From the NCBI GenBank assembly GCA_964187785.1, contig OZ076409.1, positions 80,724,001 to 80,788,000 on the forward strand: DNA of 64,000 nucleotides, in the 5' to 3' direction. This DNA is from Amphiscolops sp. MND2022. Lineage: Eukaryota. Both the position numbers and the translations under genes were made by a program. Under the pieces are notes generated by a model. The model ran no database searches. It was not told the origin of the DNA and saw only the letters and a program-made list of their open reading frames with translations. This document shows positions 37,343 to 50,400 of the stretch, piece after piece. Position 1 is the first letter of the stretch; each line of letters starts with the position of its first letter.

Positions 37343-37613
37343 ATACTTTTTATCACTTTTTAGTTTTAGATCCTAATTGACTGATTTTTTTTCTCATATT
37401 AGAAGAGATTTTTGGGCCTGATTATTTATATCAGTTTATTCAGATCTCAGTTTTGACCCCTCTCTTAGATCTGTTTCATTAGACCTGATTCCAAGTAGCC
37501 GATGGCAACATAAGCCGCCCCAAGGAGCCGCGCGGCACTAGGGGAAATGGGGACATATCCGAGGCACGTTTTATACTTTTTAAATGATCTGATATTTTTG
37601 GTAATCTTCATAT

Positions 37614-37961
37614 GGGTGGCTGTAAATGGGTCGAATTTTTCTGGTCGAAAGTACAGAGGTCGAACCTTTTGATCAATTGCAGGGATCGAATGGAATGCGG
37701 TCGAATTTTATCGTATTTGTTGTATGGCTCGGTCGCTTCGCTCCCTTCGCCAAGTAGCAACATTGAGGCATGGTCATATGGCACGTCGCTCCGCTCCGCT
37801 TCGCTCCTGCATTCAGGGCACTAGGGGTATGTGAACATATCTGACTACATTATAAAAATTTCGATCCGAGTTGTTTCGATCCCATTCAAAAATTTGGTAT
37901 GTCGACCTGAGGACTAACTCTGATTTTCGATCCCGTTCCTTCGACCTATTTCCGCCCACCC
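37614..37961. mobile_element. 348-bp MITE with 9-bp TSD (Mutator- or Merlin-like)
   Basis: 22-bp TIRs with 18/22 matches (GGGTGGCTGTAAATGGGTCGAA vs GGGTGGGCGGAAATAGGTCGAA); perfect TSD TCTTCATAT (37605-37613 / 37962-37970). Confidence 0.9.
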
Positions 37962-38233
37962 TCTTCATATATACGTTTCCGCCCATCCTATAAAGAGACG
38001 TTTCGGCGACTGTTTTCCTCCCACCCTGTTAAGAGACGTTTCAGCGACACCTTGTCGCCGAATACGTCCAATGACACGTCTGTCGCCAAAACGTCTTGTT
38101 CGCGTTGATTTTTTTAAATCAGAATTGGATCGTCGTCATCAATCAGCCTTTTTAAAAAAACGCTTCTTTATTCATGGTGTGCCCCCAGCCCGGGCGAAAG
38201 ACAAAAAAACTCTAACCAAGGTAGGAAACAAAA

Positions 38234-38751
38234 GGGAAATGGTCATCTCGCCTAATGCCATTTCGCCTAAAGTCATTTCGCCTAACGTGTTTGGTCACTT
38301 CGCCTAATTTTTTTAGGCGAAACGTCTTTTACTTTGGTCACTTCGCCTAATTTTTTTTCAGAAACGTGAAAAACACATGAAATTGGAAAACAAATAGTGG
38401 AAAACAAATAGAAAACGTGCCTCGGATATGTCCCATTCCTTCTAGTGCCCCGCGGCCCCTTGGGGCCGCTTATGTTCCATCTTGCTAAGCGAGGTCGAAC
38501 AGGAGCAAAGACCTAGCGGGAACGGAGATCGCGAAGCGATCGTAGTGGGAGCTGGTCTTTGCGACGGTGAGGGCGAGTGTGCATACACCGCATATGCCCC
38601 ACATTTTGATATTTTCGCTTTCAGAAAGCCTTTTTCGAAACATGATTATTTAGACGTTATTCCCGTTTGGTCATTTCGCCTAATTTTCTTAGGCGAAATG
38701 ACTCAACTAAATTTTTAGGCGAAATGGCATTAGGCGAAATGACCTGCATTC
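38234..38751. mobile_element. MITE with repeated TTTCGCCTAA motifs, carrying an inverted R1 copy
   Basis: ~31-bp inverted repeats GGTCATYTCGCCTAATGCCATTTCGCCTAAA (38241 / 38744); flanking direct repeat AAACAAAA (38226-38233 / 38752-38759), low-complexity so less certain. Confidence 0.72.
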
Positions 38752-40642
38752 AAACAAAAAGAATTGAGAAACGAGATCATGCAACCTGAGAGTTCAATGG
38801 ATCGAGGACATCTCAATTCAGGAACTCAATGAGGCTCGTGAAAAGGTAACGATTATGAAGCAAAGAACACATAAATTTCTTGATTAAACAAAACGGTCAT
38901 TGAACACAGTTTTACAAGTAGTAAAGTTCGCTCAAGTGGTCTTCGTCCCGAACCGTTCCAACTACACTGGCAGCATTGCCTTTCTGGATTGGGAGAGAGA
39001 GTCTCTGCCTGAAAAACGACCCGGCTCTATTTTCCTGGTTGAACACGCACAATTTTTTACAAAGGTTCTTTAAGAATCCCGTTGATTCAGGGGCAAGTAG
39101 TGAACTCGTACCGCGCACGCGCGTCTATGAAATAAGTTCTGTCGTTCGAACGATGATCAACGAGCCGGTGCCTTTCAAAGCAACGTATCTCAATTGCTTT
39201 GAGAAACGGCAAATGCGACATGTGTTCTAGGAACAGTGAGTGCATCATTGCATTTCGACGATCAGCGTGGGTTGTGTTTTTTTCGGTGTTTTGGTCTGTC
39301 TTTCGACTGTGATAATGGCGGCCAACTGTAGTAGTTTTTATTCGTTTCCTTTTTTGCAGATCCAAGGTGTGTGTCATCTTCCTCCTACATAATGACTTAC
39401 TTGACACCAGATTAATGGGGACAATCTATGTCATCTGAGATTGTTTCAGATCCTAATGGAAACTGAATCGTATGGTAAGTCCACTAGCATTTTCTTGTTT
39501 TAGCATTTTCTAGCGTTTGTGGGCGCGTTTCATAATTGCGCTCGAATTTTACTGTGACTAGTTTTAACCACATGCAAAGTTCTCAGAGCGCTACTTTTTA
39601 CAGACTTTACGCCCAAGATCTAAGACATATCTAAAGAGGCCAAAGAGTACTCCGAAACTATTTGGAAACGAAATGTCCAGTTACGGTTTTTTCGGCCCTC
39701 TGTGTCTTTTTCCCGGAATACCTTTTTCAGTTTTTCCATGTTTTTCGGCAATGTGAATGTGTGACTTTGAAAAAAATCACTTCAAAAATATGGTTCTCCT
39801 TGTCTTTTTTCTGTGAGATAGTGTATTTTTTGCACTTTTATATTTGTGAGATTATACTTATCAAAACCTGAGCATTGAAAAACGTTCCGCTTTCTGAACC
39901 TTCCCGACTTTAGACGTTCTTGTCTTGTTTTCTCTTGAGTTTCCATTCGTGTGAAATCTGAACTAGAGAATTATGAGAAAGTTTAATTCTTGGGATGTTG
40001 TTAAAATGCTTCTCATGAACAGTTTTTTCAAAATTAATTATATAATTTTTTCCGATATTGTTCGCGCATTTCGAAAAAGTTCTGATGAATTCAACTTTTC
40101 TGAATAGACTGGTTTCGTTAATTTAGAAAATTAAGGCTGTCGTGTCAAAATAGACTTACAGTAGACTTTACAGACTTTATCATAATAGAGAACAGAAAGA
40201 CGTTGATAGATATCGCTGATTACTAAATATAACAAACCGGGAACGGCCCAAGTCGGCGCCAAATCTAAGGCTCAAAAATAGCAAAAAGACTTCAAAGTGT
40301 AAAGTCACCCGCATGAGGAAAAAATTGAAAAAGATTTTTTTTTTCAATTTTTTTTGTCCCCGGTAAGTCGCACAGTGCCGAAAAATGTAAAAGGGGACCT
40401 CGAAAAAGCCTAATTAACCTCTATCTCAAGTGCCAGTAGAAGTAGTGTGGAATTTAGTGTTAGTTCAAGTCAGCTTATAAAGCTTATAAAATCTGTCACT
40501 TCGTTTGTCTTTGAAAAAGTCACTACTATAGTCTGCGTTTTTCTACGAAAAGCGCCGGCTAAAAAATCTCTTGATTACACTTGCGATAACTTTTTTCCGG
40601 GCGACAACTTTCTCGTTTCAGCCCGCAAGTCGCATAGTTCAG

Positions 40643-40715
40643 GCGTTCGTAGTCTAGTGGTAAGATGCTTGCTTTTCAACCCAGAGGGTTCGTGTACGAA
40701 CCCGTGTGTATGCGC
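40643..40715 (+). pseudogene. Degenerate tRNA-like sequence (tRNA pseudogene or SINE head) followed by T7
   Basis: A-box-like TAGTCTAGTGG; paired D stem; B-box-like GTACGAACCC; TTC at the anticodon position; mismatched anticodon and acceptor stems; T run at 40719-40725. Confidence 0.6.
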
Positions 40716-40959
40716 TAATTTTTTTACGAGTATTCCGAAGCAGAAGGTCCTCACTTTTTTCGGCACTATGAGACTTCCCCCCAGTCCTGTATTGTCTGAT
40801 GCAGGGGTTGACAATCAATTATTGGGTTTTCAACTAATTGCAATTATTGGTAGCAATTAATTGATTGGTATCGTTTTTCAATACCAATTATTGATTGACG
40901 GATGGCAATTATTGCAATTATTTAAATATATGTTAATATTACTTTAAAGATTGAAAAAA

Positions 40960-41499
40960 ATGTCTAAAAAATTGGACATTTGTCGGAAATACTTTCCAAG
41001 AAAGATACGGATAGTGATGTTTGGATTTGTGGCTTTGGAAAAGAGTTGAAGACGAGGCACGGGACTGGTTGGAAAGAACCTGTATACCCATGTAAGGGTT
41101 CAGCATGATGTTGAAAAAACGGTCCACGATAAACGGACGGCCCTAGAATTTTCTGGCGGTAAACTTATCAACAAGAAATCAAATAACATCTTCAGTTGGC
41201 CCGAATGGATTTGTTTAGAGCTGCGCCCATTCAGTTTCGTTGAGAGTTCACTCACCCAGAAGTACACAACATTACAACCAATTTCGAAAAACACTTTTAT
41301 GAAATACTTGGGATTGGTGACTCGAAAGACTGAAGAAGCTACCTGCCAAATTTGCACTTCTGTACGACGGCTTGAGTAGTGCCAGTACTCATTATGTCGG
41401 CATTATGGCATCTTTCCCAGAAGATCAAAGTCACGAAATAGCCATTTTGGCCTTCAGTCCTCCACTGGACGAGACAACAATAAATCAATTGCCGAGAAG
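40960..41499 (+). pseudogene. hAT transposase N-terminal part (BED-like finger remnant, first catalytic Asp)
   Basis: Frameshifted VWICGFGKELK...GTGWKNLYTHVRVQH; WICLELRPFSFVE; FALLYDGLSS; LAFSPPLDET. The segment normally carrying the second Asp appears deleted near 41478. Confidence 0.8.
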
Positions 41500-44400
41500 T
41501 TGGAAAAACCTATGATCGATTGTGCTGCACATAGATTCCAGTTAGCTGTGAATGATTACTTTGTAGATGTCATGTCGATCATCGTAAAAGTTCACCACAT
41601 AATGACAAAACTCAGGACCCTGAAACTTGCTGCCAAAATGAGAAATCTCTCAACTTTGCGTCCGATGACATAGATTGCCACACGGTGGGGTAGTTCATTT
41701 GCAATGATTTGTCGATACCGAGAACTTAAAGTTGTCATACAAACAAATTTCGCCTTGGAACCTATGATACTTGAGCATATGTTATCTCCTCGAGAAGATG
41801 CTAACATAGAGTCCATTTATCAAGATCTGAAAAGTTTCAATTCGGTCACTCTAGCCCTACAAAGGCACAACCTGGATCTCACATCGGTCAGACTCTTATT
41901 CGATGAGACTATGAAAAAATTCCCGCCGTTTGACCCGAATCAAAAATATTTGGTAAAAGATGCATCAATTGTGAAATCAAACCATTTTGAGAACGGAGTT
42001 GTGAAAATTATAGACAGAATGGAAGCGGATTTGACAATGGTAGAAAAACTCACTCGGTAGAAGTGGTAGAAAAATGACAGTGAATTGGTGGAAATGAAAA
42101 AACCTATGATCGATTGTGCTGCACATAGATTCCAGTTAGCTGTGAATGATTACTTTGCAGATGTCATGCCGATCATCGTAAAAGTTCACCACATAATGAC
42201 AAAACTCAGGACCCTGAAACTTGCTGCCAAAATGAGAAATCTCTCAACTTTGCGTCCGATGACATAGATTGCCACACGGTGGGGTAGTTCATTTGCAATG
42301 ATTTGTCGATACCGAGAACTTAAAGTTGTCATACAAACAAATTTCGCCTTGGAACCTACGATACTTGAGCATATGTTATCTCCTCGAGAAGATGCTAACA
42401 TAGAACCCATTTACCAAGATCTGAAAAGTTTCAATTCGGTCACTCTAGCCCTACAAAGGGACAACCTGGATCTCACATCGGTCAGACTCTTATTCGATGA
42501 GACTATGAAAAAATTCCCGCTGTTTGACCCGAATCAAAAATATTTGGTAAAAGATGCATCAATTGTGAAATCAAACCCTTTTGAGAACGGAGTTGTGAAA
42601 ATTATAGACGGAATGGAAGTGGATTTGACAATGGTAGAAAAACTCACTTGGTAGAAGTGGTAGAAAAATGACAGTGAATTAGTGGAAATGAAAAAACCTA
42701 TGATCGATTGTGCTGCTCATAGATTCCAGTTAGCTGTGAATGATTACAGTGCAGATGTCATGCCGATCATCGTAAAATTCACAACATAATGACAAAACTC
42801 AGGACCCTGAAACTTGCTGCCAAAATGAGAAAACTCTCAACTTTGCGTCCGATGACATAGATTGCCACACGGTGGGGTACTTCATTTGCAATGATTTGTC
42901 GATACCGAGAACTTAAAGTTGTCAAACAAATTTCGCCTTGGAACCTATGATACTTGAGCATATGTTATCTCCTCGAGAAGATGCTAACATAGAGTCCATT
43001 TACCAAGATCTGAAAAGTTTCAATTCGGTCACTCTAGTCCTACAAAGGGACAACCTGGATCTCACATCGGTCAGACTCTTATTCGATGAGACTATGAAAA
43101 AATTCCCGCGGTTTGACCCGAATCAAAAATATTTGGTAAAAGTTGCATCAATTGTGAAATCAAACCCTTTTGAGAACGGAGTTGTGAAAATTATAGACGG
43201 AATGGAAGCGGATTTGACAATGGTAGAAAAACTCACTCGGTAGAAGTGGTAGAAAAATGACAGTGAATTGGTGGAAATGAAAAAACCTATGATCGATTGT
43301 GCTGCATATAGATTCCAGTTAGCTGTGAATGATTACTTTGCAGATGTCATGCCGATCATCGTAAAAGTTCACCACATAATGACAAAACTCAGGACCCTGA
43401 AACTTGCTGCCAAAATGAGAAATCTGTCAACTCTTCGTCCGATGATATAGAATGCCACGCGGTGGGGTAGTTCATTTGCAATGATTAGTCGATACCGAGA
43501 ACTTAAAGTGGTCATACAAACAAATTTCGCCTTGGAACCTATGATACTTGAGCATATGTTATCTCCTCGAGAAGATGCTAACATAGAACCCATTTACCAA
43601 GATCTGAAAAGTTTCAATTCGGTCACTCTAGCCCTACAAAGGGACAACCTGGATCTCACATCGGTCAGACTCTTATTCGATGAGACTATGAAAAAATTCC
43701 CGCTGTTTGACCCGAATCAAAAATATTTGGTAAAAGATGCATCAATTGTGAAATCAAACCCTTTTGAGAACGGAGTTGTGAAACTTATAGACGGAATGGA
43801 AGTGGATTTGACAATGGTAGAAAAACTCACTTGGTAGAAGTGGTAGAAAAATGACAGTGAATTAGTGGAAATGAAAAAACCTATGATCGATTGTGCTGCT
43901 CATAGATTCCAGTTAGGTGTGAATGATTACAGTGCAGATGTCATGCCGATCATCGTAAAATTCACAACATAATGACAAAACTCAGGACCCTGAAACTTGC
44001 TGCCAAAATGAGAAAACTCTCAACTTTGCGTCCGATGACATAGATTGCCACACGGTGGGGTACTTCATTTGCAATGATTTGTCGATACCGAGAATTTAAA
44101 GTTGTCAAACAAATTTCGCCTTGGAACCTATGATACTTGAGCATATGTTATCTCCTCGAGAAGATGCTAACATAGAGTCCATTTACCAAGATCTGAAAAG
44201 TTTCAATTCGGTCACTCTAGTCCTACAAAGGGACAACCTGGATCTCACATCGGTCAGACTCTTATTCGATGAGACTATGAAAAAATTCCCGCGGTTTGAC
44301 CCGAATCAAAAATATTTGGTAAAAGTTGCATCAATTGTGAAATCAAACCCTTTTGAGAACGGAGTTGTGAAAATTATAGACGGAATGGAAGTGGATTTGA

Positions 44401-47400
44401 CAATGGTAGAAAAACTCACTTGGTAGAAGTGGTAGAAAAATGACAGTGAATTAGTGGAAATGAAAAAACCTATGATCGATTGTGCTGCACATAGATTCCA
44501 GTTAGCTGTGAATGATTACAGTGCAGATGTCATACCGGTCATCGTAAAATTCACAACATAATGACAAAATTCAGGACCTTGAAACTTGCTGCCAAAATGA
44601 GAAAACTCTCAACTTTGCGTCCGATGAAATAGATTGCCACACGGTGGGGTAGTTCATTTGCAATGATTAGTCGATACCGAGAACTTAAAGTTGTCATACA
44701 AACAAATTTCGCCTTGGAACCTATGATACTTGAGCATATGTTATCTCCTCGAGAAGATGCTTACATAGAGTCCATTTATCAAGATCTGAAAAGTTTCAAT
44801 TCGGTCACTCTAGCCCTACAAAAGGACAACCTGGATCTCACATCGGTCAGACTCTTATTCGATGAGACTATGAAAAAATTCCCGCCGTTTGACCCGAATC
44901 AAAAATATTTGGTATAAGATGCATCATTTGTGAAACCAAACCATTTTGAGAACGGAGTTGTGAAAATTATAGACGGAATGGAAGCGGATTTGACAATGGT
45001 AGAAAAACTCACTCGGTAGAAGTGGTAGAAAAATGACGGTGAATTGGTGGAAATGAAAAAACCTATGATCGATTGTGCTGCATATAGATTCGAGTTAGCT
45101 GTGAATGATTACTTTGCAGATGTCATGCCGATCATCGTAAAAGTTCACCACATAATGACAAAACTCAGGACCCTGAAACTTGCTGCCAAAATGAGAAATC
45201 TGTCAACTCTTCGTCCGATGATATAGAATGCCACGCGGTGGGGTAGTTCATTTGCAATGATTAGTCGATACCGAGAACTTAAAGTGGTCATACAAACAAA
45301 TTTCGCCTTGGAACCTATGATACTTGAGCATATGTTATCTCCTCGAGAAGATGCTAACATAGAGTCCATTTATCAAGATCTGAAAAGTTTTTATCCGGTC
45401 ACTCTAGCCCTACAAAGGGACAACCTGGATCTCACATCGGTCAGACTCTTTTTCGATGAGACTATGAAAAATTCCCGCGGTTTGACCCGAATCAAAAATA
45501 TTTGGTAAAAGATGCATCAATTGTGAAATCAAACCATTTTGAGAACGGAGTTGTGAAAATTATAGACGGAATGCAAGCGGATTTGACATTGGTAGAAAAA
45601 CTCACTCGGTAGAAGTGGTAGAAAGATGACAGTGAATTAGTGGTAATGAAAAAACCTTTGATCGATTGTGCTGCTCATAGATTCCAGTTAGCTGTGGATG
45701 ATTACAGTGCAGATGTCATGCCGATCATCGTAAAATTCACAACATAATGACAAAACTCAGGACCCTAAAACTTGCTGCCAAAATGAGAAAACTCTCAACT
45801 TTGCGTCCGATGACATAGATTGCCACACGGTTGGGTAGTTCTTTTGCAATGATTTGTCGATACCGAGAACTTAAAGTTGTCATACAAAAAATTTCGCCTT
45901 GGAACCTATGATACTTGAGCATATGTTATCTCCTCGAGAAGATGCTAACATAGAGTCCATTTACCAAGATCTGAAAAGTTTCAATTCGGTCACTCTAGCC
46001 CTACAAAGGGACAACCTGGATCTCACATCGGTCAGACTCTTATTCGATGAGACTATGAAAAAATTCCCGCGGTTTGACCCGAATCAAAAATATTTGGTAA
46101 AAGATGCATCAATTGTGAAATCAAACCCTTTTGAGAACGGAGTTGTGAAAATTATAGACGGAATGGAAGTGGATTTGACAATGGTAGAAAAACTCACTTG
46201 GTAGAAGTGGTAGAAAAATGACAGTGAATTAGTGGAAATGAAAAAACCTATGATCGATTGTGCTGCACATAGATTCCAGTTAGCTGTGAATAATTACAGT
46301 GCAGATGTAATACCGGTCATCGTAAAATTCACAACATAATGACAAAACTCAGGACCCTAAAACTTGCTGCCAAAATGAGAAAACTCTCAACTTTGCGTCC
46401 GATGACATAGATTGCCACACGGTTGGGTAGTTCTTTTGCAATGATTTGTCGATACCGAGAACTTAAAGTTGTCATACAAAAAATTTCGCCTTGGAACCTA
46501 TGATACTTGAGCATATGTTATCTCCTCGAGAAGATGCTAACATAGAGTCCATTTACCAAGATCTGAAAAGTTTCAATTCGGTCACTCTAGCCCTACAAAG
46601 GGACAACCTGGATCTCACATCGGTCAGACTCTTATTCGATGAGACTATGAAAAAATTCCCGCGGTTTGACCCGAATCAAAAATATTTGGTAAAAGATGCA
46701 TCAATTGTGAAATCAAACCCTTTTGAGAACGGAGTTGTGAAAATTATAGACGGAATGGAAGTGGATTTGACAATGGTAGAAAAACTCACTTGGTAGAAGT
46801 GGTAGAAAAATGACAGTGAATTAGTGGAAATGAAAAAACCTATGATCGATTGTGCTGCACATAGATTCCAGTTAGCTGTGAATGATTACAGTGCAGATGT
46901 TATACCGGTCATCGTAAAATTCACAACATAATGACAAAATTCAGGACCTTGAAACTTGCTGCCAAAATGAGAAAACTCTCAACTTTGCGTCCGATGACAT
47001 AGATTGCCACACGGTGGGGTAGTTCATTTGCAATTAGTCGATACCGAGAACTTAAAGTTGTCATACAAACAAATTTCGCCTTGGAACCTATGATACTTGA
47101 GCATATGTTATCTCCTCGAGAAGATGCTAACAAAGAGTCCATTTACCAAGATCTGAAAAGTTTCAATTCGGTCACTCTAGCCCTACAAAGGGACAACCTG
47201 GATCTCACATCGGTCAGACTCTTATTCGATGAGACTATGAAAAATTCCCGCGGTTTGACCCGAATCAAAAATATTTGGTATAAGATTCATCAATTGTGAA
47301 ACCAAACCATTTTGAGAACGGAGTTGTGAAAATTATAGACGGAATGAAAGCGGATTTGACAATGGTAGAAAAACTCACTCGGTAGAAGTGGTAGAAAAAT

Positions 47401-50400
47401 GACAGTGAATTGGTGGAAATGAAAAAACCTATGATCGATTGTGCTGCATATAGATTCCAGTTAGCTGTGAATGATTACTTTGCAGATGTCATGCCGATCA
47501 TCGTAAAAGTTCACCACATAATGACAAAACTCAGGACCCTGAAACTTGCTGCCAAAATGAGAAATCTCTCAACTCTTCGTCCGATGATATAGAATGCCAC
47601 GCGGTGGAGTAGTTCATTTGCAATGATTAGTCGATACCGAGAACTTAAAGTGGTCATACAAACAAATTTCGTTTTGGAACCTATGATACTTGAGCATATT
47701 ATATCTCCTCGAGAAGATGCTACAATAGAGTCCATTTATCAAGATCTGAAAAGTTTTAATCCGGTCACTCTAGCCCTACAAAGGGACAACCTGGATCTCA
47801 CATCGGTCAGACTCTTATTCGATGAGACTATGAAAAATTCCCGCGGTTTGACCCGAATCAAAAATATTTGGTAAAAGATGCATCAATTGTGAAATCAAAC
47901 CATTTTGAGAACGGAGTTGTGAAAATTATAGACGGAATGCAAGCGGATTTGACATTGGTAGAAAAACTCACTCGGTAGAAGTGGTAGAAAGATGACAGTG
48001 AATTAGTGGTAATGAAAAAACCTTTGATCGATTGTGCTGCTCATAGATTCCAGTTAGCTGTGGATGATTACAGTGCAGATGTCATGCCGATCATCGTAAA
48101 ATTCACAACATAATGACAAAACTCAGGACCCTGAAACTTGCTGCCAAAATGAGAAAACTCTCAACTTTGCGTCCGATGACATAGATTGCCACACGGTGGG
48201 GTAGTTCATTTGCAATGATTTGTCGATACCGAGAACTTAAATGTTGTCAAACAAATTTCGCCTTGGAACCTATGATACTTGAGCATATGTTATCTCCTCG
48301 AGAAGATGCTAACATAGAGTCCATTTACCAAGATCTGAAAAGTTTCAATTCGGTCACTCTAGTCCTACAAAGGGACAACCTGGATCTCACATCGGTCAGA
48401 CTCTTATTCGATGAGACTATGAAAAATTCCCGCGGTTTGACCCGAATCAAAAATATTTGGTATAAGATGCATCAATTGTGAAACCGAACCATTTTGAGAA
48501 CGGAGTTGTGAAAATTATAGACGGAATGAAAGCGGATTTGACAATGGTAGAAAAACTCACTCGGTAGAAGTGGTAGAAAAATGACAGTGAATTGGTGGAA
48601 ATGAAAAAACCTATGATCGATTGTGCTGCATATAGATTCCAGTTAGCTGTGAATGATTACTTTGCAGATGTCATGCCGATCATCGTAAAAGTTCACCACA
48701 TAATGACAAAACTCAGGACCCTGAAACTTGCTGCCAAAATGAGAAAACTCTCAACTTTGCTTCCGATGACATAGATTGCCACACGGTTGGGTAGTTCATT
48801 TGCAATGATTTGTCGATACCGAGAACTTAAAGTTGTCATACAAACAAATTTCGCCTTGGAACCTATGATACTTGAGCATATTATATCTCCTCGAGAAGAT
48901 GCTAACATAGAGTCCATTTATCAAGATCTGAAAAGTTTTAATCCGGTCACTCTAGCCCTACAAAGGGACAACCTGGATCTCACATCGGTCAGACTCTTAT
49001 TCGATGAGACTATGAAAAATTACCGCGGTTTGACCCGAATCAAAATTATTTGGTAAAAGATGCATCAAATGTGAAATCAAACCATTTTGAGAACGGAGTT
49101 GTGAAAATTATAGACGGAAGGGAAGTGGATTTGACAATGGTAGAAAAACTCACTTGGTAGAAGTGGTAGAAAAATGACAACGAATTGGTGGAAATGAAAA
49201 AACCTATGATCGATTGTGCTGCACATAGATTCCAGTTAGCTGTGAATGATTACAGTGCAGATGTCATGCCGATCATCGTAAAATTCACAACATAATGACA
49301 AAACTCAGGACCCTGAAACCTGCTGCCAAAATGAGAAAACTCTCAACTTTGCGTCCGATGATATAGAATGCCACGCGGTGGGGTAGTTCATTTGCAATGA
49401 TTAGTCGATACCGAAAACTTAAAGTGGTCATACAAACAAATTTCGTTTTGGAACCTATGATACTTGAGCATATTATATCTCCTCGAGAAGATGCTAACAT
49501 AGAGTCCATTTATCAAGATCTGAAAAGTTTTAATCCGGTCACTCTAGCCCGACAAAGGGACAACCTGGATCTCACGTCGGTCAGACTCTTATTCGATGAG
49601 ACTATGAAAAAATACCGCGGTTTGACCCGAATCAAAAATATTTGGTAAAAGATGCATCAATTGTGAAATCAAACCATTTTGAGAACGGATTTGTGAAAAT
49701 TATAGACGGAATGGAAGCGGATTTGACATTAGTAGAAAAACTCACTTGGTAGAAGTGGTAGAAAGATGACAGTGAATTAGTGGAATTGAAAAAACCTATT
49801 ATCGATTGTGCTGCAGATAGATTCCAGTTAGCTGTGAATGATTACATTGCAGATGTCATGCCGATCATCGTAAAATTCACAACATAATGACAAAACTCAG
49901 GACCCTGAAACCTGCTGCCAAAATGAGAAAACTCTCAACTTTGCGTCCGATGATATAGAATGCCACGCGGTGGGGTAGTTCATTTGCAATGATTAGTCGA
50001 TACCGAAAACTTAAAGTGGTCATACAAACAAATTTCGTTTTGGAACCTATGATACTTGAGCATATGTTATCTCCTCGAGAAGATGCTAACATAGAGTCCA
50101 TTTATCAAGATCTGAAAAGTTTCAAATCGGTCACTCTAGCCCTACAAAGGGCCAACCTGTGTCTCACATCGGTCAGACTCTTATTCGATGAGACTATGAA
50201 AAAGTTCCCGCGGTTTGACCCGAATCAAAAGTTTTTGGTAAAAGATGCATCAATTGTGAAATCAAACCTTTTTGAGAACGGATTTGTGAAAATTATAGAC
50301 GGAATGGAAGCGGATTTGACAATGGTAGAAAAACTCACTTGGTAGAAGTGGTAGAAAAATGACAATGAATTGGTGGAAATGAAAAAACCTATGATCGATT

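Larger units (their letters stand above)
29004..38103. mobile_element. Outer non-autonomous TIR element (GACGTTTCGGCGAC motifs) containing nested insertions
   Basis: Imperfect ~30-bp TIRs at 29004 and 38103 with internal motif repeats; perfect 8-bp TSD GTTGATTT (28996-29003 / 38104-38111). Confidence 0.75.

Noticed and set aside
1-40000. Uni-strand piRNA-cluster-like orientation bias
   Set aside because: Retroelement fragments occur on both strands (LINE-A, B, B2 plus; LINE-D, E and both Gypsy families minus). A dual-strand cluster cannot be judged from sequence alone.
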